From contig JAKMXF010000306.1 of NCBI GenBank assembly GCA_024704765.1, positions 248,001 to 312,000 on the forward strand: a stretch of DNA of 64,000 bases. Reading direction: 5' to 3'. Shown here one piece after another: positions 54,319 through 64,000 of the stretch (position 1 is its first letter; each line of letters opens with the position of its first letter). This stretch comes from Oopsacas minuta. Its lineage: Eukaryota > Animalia > Porifera. A program made the translations under genes and the position numbers. Under the pieces are notes generated by a model. That model worked only from the letters and a program-made list of their open reading frames with translations. It did no database searches and was not told the origin of the DNA.

Positions 54319-55630
54319 CAGTCTGTAACGAAATTATTTACAAATTTACTATAGTTTATATCGTACTACAGCATTGACTTCACTCTAATAATAGCTCTAC
54401 CTATTATTGTTTTAGGACGAATCCATACCTAAATCGATGATAAATGCATTCTTTGCTAAATCTAGCATCTTTTGTTATTATTTCTAGCCTCACAATAATA
54501 TTATTCTCTCGGTTATTCACAATTTTCTATCCGAGGTTATATTTTCCTACGAAATTATAGCTATATCATTTCGAAATGTCATAAATTCGGAGAAAGGAGG
54601 TCTCTAGGGATCTGAGAATGAATAATTATTCCTACTATCAGATATTAACACGCTGTGGTGTTTCTTTCAAAACAGTCTACAATGTACGGACACAGCTTCG
54701 AAGCAGTGAGAAATTAGACCACAAGAATGGAGCAGGAAGACCCATGAAACTAACCGAGAACGATCATGTTTCGTTGGGCATTAAGTTGCGGAACCAGCCG
54801 AGGATATCATTGCGTACCCTAAACGGCCAATTGAAGTTCGAAAGGGGAGTTGATGTGTCCCATGAAAGCATATGGAGAACAATAAAAAAGTTATGATACC
54901 CGAAAAGATTGGCCATCCGAGGACAATTCATCACTCCAGCCAGGTGCGTAAACTTGGGTGTGCGGCGGGTCCCTAGCAGCCTGGCGACTATGATGCCATG
55001 ATGCCAAAGGTGTTTGGCACCCTGGCATTTTCAAACTGAACTGGCCCCACAAACTCCATTTAGCAGGTGGCGAGCGAAAAGATTTTCTCTTAAACAAAAA
55101 TTAAGACAACTAAGGTTTCCTAGTTTAGTGTCTGTTGTCATCCCAAGCGCTAATCTTGCCTTGCGCTGTTCATTCTCATCACGAATTCTTCAACAAGCTG
55201 TGATTGGTCAAGTGCATCTCAAAATGAAATATTTATTCAGAAGATATACTACTAGGGAATGAACAAAGCGTCGTGGTACCCTGCGTATTTTGATGAAGTT
55301 TCGCCGGAGACTCCAGCTAATGAGGAAAAATGAGTTTGTTGGCTAAACAAGAGATGAATATTCGTTGGGGTAAAATATTTATCACAGGTGAGTGTTTTAT
55401 TTGGTTGCAAGTAGCAAGGTTCACCTGTAGGTAAAAGTGACGAAACCCATATTAAATGTCCCTCAACACACTCCCAAATTATATGTCTAGGGAGGAATAT
55501 CAACCCGTGGTACAATAACAGTGTATATTCTCAAGGAGAATTTTAATTCGACATTTATTGGAATGTTCTAGATGAGGTATTTATTCAAGCAGCTAATCTC
55601 TTGTACCCAGAAGGCTGGAAATTGCAAGAA
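54319..55630 (+). mobile_element. Decayed Tc1-like element, left TIR retained, with an internal unrelated segment
   Basis: TA-CAGTCTGTAAC tip; HTH ORF 54618-54896 (GAGRPMKLT); later YPEGWKLQED. About 54900-55290 looks like an insertion with a weak hAT C-terminus-like fragment on the minus strand. Confidence 0.6.
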
Positions 55631-56409
55631 GATGTCCTAGAGATTACATTTGTTCTCAATGCAAATCAAAGTTGAGCATAAGTTATGGCAGTTCAAACTA
55701 AGTGATCAAATATATATATCAAATTCTGTACTCTATATTATTTAATCTCAATGATTGTTTGTCCGTTGTTAAGGAGAGGATTTACGGTATGCAATTTTGA
55801 AATTATCGCATAACTATGTATGATCGTGTTTCTCAAGGCGGTAAAATAGAATTAATTAATACTTCACTAAATAAATCGAACATGCTGAATCATATGTAAA
55901 TATATTGTCGTTTTCTGAATGTACAGAATAAAATGAGCAATATATCTCAAATTTTAAATAAATACTTGCTCTCAACGGCTACAGAGGGGGTTGATCTTAC
56001 AAAATATTTCAATAGTATATACCATATTAGTATATTTGTGAATTACACTGGTTTAAATATATCTATATTATATTACTCAGGCGACTGTCAAATTTGTAGA
56101 TTATGGATAGCCCGAGGCGCAATGCGTCGAGTTCATTGCGAAGCGACGAGCCAAAGCCTCATAGTAAGGCATAACAAAATTGGAATTATATTATAGAAGA
56201 TCCTCCACCTTGAACTCGGTGCTAAACACATTACTCAATTATACAAAACTGAATAATATCAAAAGAATACAGGAATATTATCGTGAACCACGCCCGCGAA
56301 ATTTAAGTACCAAAATTTCACATAAATGTGGGGGCAGTTCAGACCGCCCCTGCTCCGCCAGCTCTGGTGACAACGGCTAGCAATCATGTATCTCTTTAAT
56401 TTCTTTTAG

Positions 56410-57265
56410 ATCCTTACATTTGATCTCCACCGTAATGTTAAAATTTGGCAAGTCTATTCTCATATTTATGAATGTCTTTTGCAAGTGGACACATTTTCAC
56501 TTATTTCAGTCCCATCAATAATTATCTCTACCAAAAAGCGATTATGTGTTGCAATTAATTCTCCCGAGCACTCATTCTATATAATCTCGATGTATAATAC
56601 ACAAAGTCTCAAAAAATATTCACACTCTTATGCTCATGATCATGAAGATAATATTAATGATTTGGCCAATTGCTCTCGGAGTGGAATTTTTATCTCAATT
56701 GGAATGGACCGAACATTCAGGGTTTGGAATAAATGTAATGCACTAATTGTTGTATTATCAATGTCTTTTATTCCCACTTGCGTTTGTTTGGCTAGCGAGA
56801 ATGGTGATATATTGATTTCAATGGGGAAACAACTCTTCGTTGTTATTGCATCTTCATATATTCCCAAATCTGTTTCCCAGGATTGTATAATCGAAAAAGC
56901 CATGGAATGTGAAGTTCTAAATAATAATCTGCTTATTGGTCCCTTGGATAGATTAACTACTGTTAGTTTGCAAGTTTTTTTGCGAGAAAAGTTTATATTT
57001 AGAACAAAGAATCTATATGAATCACTGTCTCCTATTTGTGAGGTAAAGAGTATCAAAGATTCTTTTGTTCACAATGGAGAAGTTGGTATTCAAAGGTGTC
57101 AAATTGTTGAGGTTGAAAAATCGGGGATTGTTCCATTTAATCAAACGGAAGTCGATTTATTCCAAATAAATGAAGAATCATTAAGCAAATATGGATATAA
57201 TTCTTCACCTTATATAATGAATATTTCGTTAGATGATGGTATTGATACTGAGAAATCAATCAAAG
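56410..57265 (+). CDS. Exon of WD40-repeat protein (WDR97/WDR87-like)
   Basis: Acceptor TTCTTTTAG at 56409 (phase 0). ILTFDLHRNVKIW..DHEDNINDLANCSRSGIFISIGMDRTFRVWN..ENGDILISMGKQL. The donor may be at 57043 (GAG|GTAAAG) or 57266 (AAG|GTATTT). Confidence 0.78.
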
Positions 57266-59567
57266 GTATTTTAGGGCTTTTCACAAGTCATCAGATTTCT
57301 AGATCGTGTCATTGAGTCATTTTGATTCATTACAAAATTATGACACGATAGTCACCAGACTCTGCGAGTCATTTCAAAGAAAAGCAAATATGAAAAGTCC
57401 TGGTATTGTTGTGAACTTTGCGATATTTACGGATCTCAATGTGGGACATACACAATGGTTGCCCATAATTACCTTTTTTCCTTGGATTATCCCCCCTTGT
57501 GCAATTGTCCCCACTGAGGCTTCCAAATAGATATAACTGGTTAAATAAACTAATTATTGTCCACCTGTATTGATTTATCTACTGTCACAGTCTTTTACAT
57601 AATTATTTGCAGTAGTTTGATCTGCTATGGCGTTGAGACTATATCACAATTCGTTTTGGCTATTTCGATCGATTACTCAAATATTTGGCCTAGTTTTCAC
57701 ATAATCACTATGCTCCTAATTAATCTTGTTCCCTTTCGAGGCTATGACCATGCTACACGTTTTACCCATTGAGCTTATGAAGTTTGCTAGGAATTCGGAT
57801 CGAAAGATTCCCACTCCTGTTTGACAATTGTTTAGACATCGTTTATGGTCTCAAACTTGAAGTATAAATCAATGAACATAAATTACAGAATGTGTAGAAT
57901 AAGCTACTAGCTGGCATATAGTTGGTTAACACACATATGTCATCCCTTGATTTCTTATATATTATATTATGGCATCTTTCATTTCAAATTAATTCCACGT
58001 AATCGTTCATTGATGCAGTGATTTATGATATATCATGATTCATAACATACTATACATAAGGTCTCACAACTGAATATGGATTTTGGACCAGGGATGCTCG
58101 TTTCGAGAGAATGTAAATATATACTAATATATTTTATTTCACTATTATAGTGTATTTTAAGGTAGATATTTTGTTTTAGCGATCTAACTTGTGCATTGGC
58201 TTGTTTTAACTTTATAAATTTACGTGGCCCATAATGGCTAATTATTTCCATTTTTTTTGTTTTTAATCCATAAATGGTAATTTTCCATGAAATTTACATT
58301 TGTATTGAAATTTTTGTCAACTTGAGATCTTAAGCCTATGTTTTGTGCTATTTGCATATATTTCTACTCATATTATGTTGTTAAAGCATCAATGATAATG
58401 AATAACAATTGCCGGTATTTGAGATGTCACATAAGCCACATGAGCTCAGATACTCTTTGCTTCGTTCTCTCCAGGCAAGATGTTGCTGATCTCAAGATTG
58501 TTTACTTGTGTTCCATTTCAGAAATGGGGACATTAAATATACACACTCATATAGTACCCAATAGATCTGGCATTTGTAGAGAGGCCCTCGCAATTATCGA
58601 AAGCTTAAGAAAGTGCTGGACCGTCTATTGGATCCGGGTGCCCAGTTTGATATTCCGCACAGTCTATAATGAATCTGATTTGGCAAAATTTTGGCTTATC
58701 CTATGTAAGAATTATCAGGCCTTTGGCCAATTTCCACAGACTCTCTGCTATTTAATATGATATACTTTGCGCCACGGCCCCCAAAGGTCGCAGATCCAAG
58801 GTTGTGAACCACTGTTCTGATGGATGAGGTGCATCTAAAATCAGAAATAACTTCCTAGGGTGCATATGCCTTGCTAGAGAATTGCTTACAACGCCAGGAC
58901 TATTGTAAGCAACTCCAGTAGTACATCTTGCACCACATTGGTGTCGTAAATTTTGGTACAACTCTTCGGGAAACCCAGACGGCATATGTCAGGACAGTGA
59001 ACCTTACTGATCAGGCATTGACCTAATACTAAATTATTGCATAAGTTTTATGAAAGTCAGACACTACGATCAGGGGTGTTGTGTAGGGGAGCGGGGGAGC
59101 AGCGCTTCCCCACTACAAATTGCATGGGGAAAGGCGCTCCCTCACTTTAACTTGATTATTGGTATTATATTTAAATTAAGGTAAATTTATTTTTCTGGAA
59201 TTGCCCTTCTTTCGTACTCTAATCAACTTCCCTTAAGGGGTAACATCGGCTCCGGGCCATTCCAACCAATTAAGTGGATTAAACGTGTTGGCCTCGTCTC
59301 CGGAATTATTTAACATCGGACTGCAATGTTTTGGCCAAGTGATCTTATCAATCGTAGCAATTTTGCATATTCTGGACCAGTATAACAACGGCGCAATTGG
59401 ACTTTGCCATAATATCTCTCAATACTTGATGACCTCTACACCTACATTTATGTGAAATTCCATAAGAGTTTATTTCATTATCTTTCAATTTACTCAGGGA
59501 TGTGGCAAAGAGTAGTAAAAGGAACCTAGAATTCAATACTGACGCTTTTATGCGATTATATATTATA

Positions 59568-60900
59568 CAAAGGGTATTCATTTAATTCGTAACTCTTAGA
59601 ATATTTGTATTATATAAGTGAGATAAGCCTCAAATGCTACTATAAATGTTCAAAGTAGCCTCCCTTGTGCTCAATTACAAGCTTTAAACGCTCTATTCAC
59701 TTGAAAAATGTTTTTTTATACTCTTCTTGTGGTATGTCTCTGAGGTACCGTTGGATGGCCCTTCCAATTTGCATCCGTTCTCCAAAAACTGTACCTGCTA
59801 GGTGCTTTTTGAGCCCATCGATAGCCAGAAGTCGGAAGGTGCTAGGTCAGGGCTATAGGGTGGATGTTTCAATCCCTCAAGACCTATAGAAGCAATCTTT
59901 TCCTTGACTTCCTTAGATTTGTGCGGTCTGGCATTATCATGCAAAATTTTGATTCCTCTAAGACCCGTGGCTGGCCGACGTTCAATATAATGTTTTTCGA
60001 TTTCCGGAAGAACAACTGTTGCATAAAAGTGCCCGGTAACTGTTTGCCCCTTAGGAGTACAGATTTGGCAGACTGGACCATGTGACTCGAAAAATATGGT
60101 GTACATTACTTTGGTGGCCCAATGATCTGGTCTTGGTAGTGCTGGGGGAGAACTCGCTTTTACAATCCATACCTTGTTCTGTTCTTTGCGAGTTGGCTCT
60201 GAATATCTTATCCACGTCTCATCATCGGTACATATTTCAAATAGTCGCCTCTCATCACATTGATCATACTTTTCAAGCAGCTTTTTGCAATTCTCACCCG
60301 GGTCTTCTTTTGAGTCTGATTCAACAATTATGGGACCCAACGTGAGCAAACCTTGGACATACCAAGATGTTTGGTCAGAATTGCATGAACACTTCCCGTT
60401 GACAAAGTTAGGCTGGTAGCTAACTGCTCTATCGTAATATGGGGATCAGAGTCACACATTTCAGCTACAAGAGCAATATTGTTTGCAGTGGTAGCAATTA
60501 TAGGTTGCCCCATCCGAGGGTCATCTTCAACCGACACCCTACCTTCACGAAAACGTAGACTCCACTTCTTAACGGTTGATTCCGAACAGGCCTCCCACCA
60601 TATACCTGAACTAAATCTTGGTGGATATTCCTTGGCGTATCGCCGAGTAATGAGCGGATTTTGATGTATGCTCTTTGTTCAAGTAGAAATTCATTAGATT
60701 TTGAAGTCATAAATTCCTCTATGGTTGCTATAACCTATCTTCAAAAGGGTGTATCTCAAAAAATGTCAAATCAATTTCCACAAAGTATAGTGTCCTAAAT
60801 AGACGAAAATCTAAGCTATAAATTAGATGCAAATAGTAAATACATGTAGTTGAACAATGATAGCAATAGCTAGGGTTACGAACTACTTGAAATCCCTTTG
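59568..60900 (-). mobile_element. mariner (DD34D) element, pseudogenised
   Basis: TIRs CAAAGGGTATTCATTTAATTCGTAAC and reverse-complemented CAAAGGGATTTCAAGTAGTTCGTAAC, TA TSDs. ORF from 60710; TDDETW, HDNARPH, YSPDLAPSDF. Confidence 0.9.
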
Positions 60901-61166
60901 TAGAATCCTTTATCAAGAATGGATTGCGGAGCCGACTGTTACATCTGTACCGAAGAAGGACAACATTATTTAGAAGTATTTTTAGTTTATATTACTCGCA
61001 ATGTAGAATACAACATGTTCATTGATATACAAATAACTCTGTTTTACAAATGTTGCGTAATATATTCTTTTATAAGCGTTGCCCCACTAGAAATTTGAGC
61101 ACTACACTCCTGACCACGATTATCATCAAATATCTTGAAATTTTCATTCATGACTCAATCAAGATA

Positions 61167-62473
61167 CAAGGGTTGTTCAATAAGTAATGAGACTAATGTA
61201 TCGAATTCATATTCTAGTTAATACAGCTCTAAACCTAATATCAGATTATAAGCCAAACTTGATTGTCTAACCTCGATACAATGTACTCTTTACTCTACTA
61301 GCATATTCTTCAGTATAAAGTTTCATTTGTATAGGCTACTTTTTTCAACTAATGGATTTTAGCAAAGAAGGAAAACGACAAATAAATTAGTACCTGTGGA
61401 AAAAAGGGAAGACTGGCTCAGACATTCTTCGTGAAATGCAGAATAAATTTGGTGATGAATGTCCTTCGAAAGCCACTATATATAGATGGATCAAACGGTT
61501 TGATAATGGCGATGTGGAACTCCACGATGACCCTCGTCGGGTCGTCTGACTTCGTCAAAATCCCGCATGAATATCGAGAGGGTCCAAACAATTTGGACGA
61601 GGACAGATGAATAACCCTGCCAGAGTTAGAAGAGTGGGTAGGTGTATCAAAAGCCACACTACACTCAATTATAACTGAAGATCTGGAAATGTCGAAGGTA
61701 ACTACGCGTTGGGTCCCAAAACCTCTTTCAAAAGAACAAAACCACGAAAGGGTCAGAGTTAGCAAAGAATTACTTTCAAGATACAAGGCAGAGGAATACT
61801 TTTTGGATCGTACAGTAACAAAGGATGAAACTTGGTTTTATTATTATAGACCAGGGAGCAAAACTCAATCCAAGCAGTGGAAGAGACGTGATGAACCTGT
61901 ACCCATCAAAGTTAAGGTCGCAAAATCAGCAGGGAAGAGAATGGCAACAGTATTTTGGGATAGGGAAAGAATTATACACCTCGACTGGTACCTGAGAGAC
62001 AACCATAAACAGTGATTATTACTTTGACGAATTGAAAGAATTGCTTCAAGCGATTTAATGTGAGGGCGAGGCAAGTTGACACTTGGCGTATTCCTGCAAG
62101 GAGACAACGCAAGGCCCCTATAAGCTCCAAGACAATGGCTGTAATTGACGACTTAGGATTCGAATGCCTCCCTCATCCCCGGTATAGTCCAAACCTGGCC
62201 CCCAGCGACTACTGGCTGTTTGGAGAGATGAAGAGACCTCTTCGAGGGAAGAGATTTGAGGATTTCAAACGGCTGGAGTATGAAATAAAACAATGGGAAA
62301 AAGGGACCCCTAAAGAATTCTATACCACTGGCTGGAAAAGTTCCCAGAACGATGGAAATGATGTATATAATTCAAGGGGAAATTTATCAAACATTTGATA
62401 ATCAATTATGATAAGGATAGGTTTACTACATATATTATGAAAATGAGTCTCATTATTTATTGAACAACCCTTG
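61167..62473 (+). mobile_element. mariner (DD34D) element, pseudogenised
   Basis: TIR CAAGGGTTGTTCAATAA(G/A)TAATGAGACT at both ends, TA TSDs. ORF from 61352; WVPK, TKDETW, DNARP, YSPNLAPSDY. Confidence 0.9.
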
Positions 62474-62795
62474 TATGTCCGGGTACTGCCTCATCTCACA
62501 GGTAATCCCATAAGGAAATGCTAGCTACCCTTATGTGGAGGTGATAAATATTTCGTTGCATTCTCGATGTTAATTATTATCAAACGATCACTCAAAAATT
62601 AACAATTTGTGTCTATTTTTTGTACAATTATTGTGAAGGTTAAAGGGAGTGTGAGGAAATATGAGAGACAACCGTAAAATATTAGCATCCATGAAATTAT
62701 CACCCATTCTAGAAACTTTTCAACTGCGTTCTCTTACCACCGAAGTATATTCTTCACATTATTTAGCTCTTTCTACGATATACCCTCGTGAATAA

Positions 62796-64000
62796 CACAC
62801 GGGTAACTGAAAAAACATTATGACAAAAAAAATGAGGTCGTTGAGATTTTTTCACTTTCTTATACAGAATTTTATGATGAATCCGAATATACGCTCCAAA
62901 AAATTTTCCTACCATTAAAATTCTTTTACAGATTATACAAAAATTTATGAAATCAAAAAAATTCTGGCTACAATAATTTTAACATATCCCCATTTTTAGT
63001 ATATTATCGTGATTCTTCGCTGAAATACTTCTTTCTAGAATTCAATTTAATTACTAGTTACCTAATAGAATTGATGTTTTTAACGAATTCCTATCCAAAA
63101 TGTCATTACCATGGCAACAAAATGAAACGTAGGAATTTACGCAGTAGTTTTCAATCTAGCTAAGTAGTACTTGTATGATATCACATTTAGGATATACACG
63201 TGTAATTATTGATGCTTAACCTTAACTTAACCAATTATTTTTATTCCAAATATAGTGTAATGTAGAACATGACCTAGCTTATCATACTATGATTTATTTA
63301 TGAAATTGAAGAAGTTAACATCTGATACTGTGTTTAATAAGCACTCTGGAAATTTTTCATTTTCCTCTTGACATTTATATCTTGTCTCCCAAACTCTGCC
63401 AAATCTAGAATGGGCAGATTCAAATGCTTGTTCTGAAACTGATCCTAAACCCATTCCATCTGGAAGATAATCCGTGATAAACGGAATTAGGTGCCTACAT
63501 AGAACATGAACTTTTGTAGAGCAAGAAAGTCCTGATTGTTTAAATGATTGTTCAAAATGATATACTGCCATTTTGAAATCTCCCTTATGTGTTTCCCGAA
63601 GCAAGAATCAACAACATCCCTGAATTTTACAAGCGTGATATAAGACGAATTACTCTTTGGAAACCCGAGTTCCAATACCTCCTTTGTGATTTTCCTCATT
63701 GCATTACCTTCAAATGCTCCTCTATGGTAAGGACTTCTATGAATATTCAGTTGTTTTAGTATTGCTTCATGGTGTTCTTTTTCGTCCTCAGACATTGTGA
63801 TGAGGATCATCGTATAACTTCTGTCCTATCCCAAGTAACAGATGTAACTCGGGAAGATTAAACATTTGCATGAAATCTACCAGCCATACATTTAGTGCTT
63901 GGCGGTCCTCAATACCATCGCAGTCAATTGCATGATTCTTAGAATCTCCCTGATACATATCTTGAAGCTTTTGAAACATCTCTAGATGGTGAGCAGATGA
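62796..64000 (-). mobile_element. Chapaev-like (CMC/Transib clade) element, 3' part; continues beyond window
   Basis: Frameshifted ORFs 63287-63979: LPELHLLLG, FEGNAMRKI, STKVHVLCRH, GLGSVSEQAFESAH. Candidate terminus CACACGGGTAAC at 62796 is tentative. Confidence 0.7.

Noticed and set aside
58338-58985. 140-aa ORF and antisense WFTTLDL motif (Gypsy RT-like)
   Set aside because: No other RT motifs nearby and no convincing splice or domain evidence.

Overview
AT-rich eukaryotic (probably invertebrate metazoan) genomic DNA; the host species cannot be fixed from the window. Three phase-compatible + strand exons (15629-16024, 30129-30376, 56410-~57265) encode a WD40-repeat protein resembling WDR97/WDR87. 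They are separated by introns of about 14 kb and 26 kb filled with DNA transposons. The most notable element is an apparently intact 2.94-kb Transib/RAG1-core-like transposon (24339-27276). It has an uninterrupted 709-aa DDE transposase and RSS-like termini (CACAGTG and CACAATG heptamers), each followed by a shared second block at unequal spacing (17 vs 8 nt). Also present: a decayed second Transib lineage, a full-length but pseudogenised Chapaev3 element plus two fragments, a Chapaev-like transposase running off the right end, nine Tc1/mariner/maT copies, three ~910-bp foldback MITEs, other foldbacks and MITEs, and a ~96-unit (TAC)n microsatellite. No prokaryotic features, CRISPR arrays, rRNA or tRNA genes were recognised. 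All alignments were done by eye and remnant boundaries are approximate.
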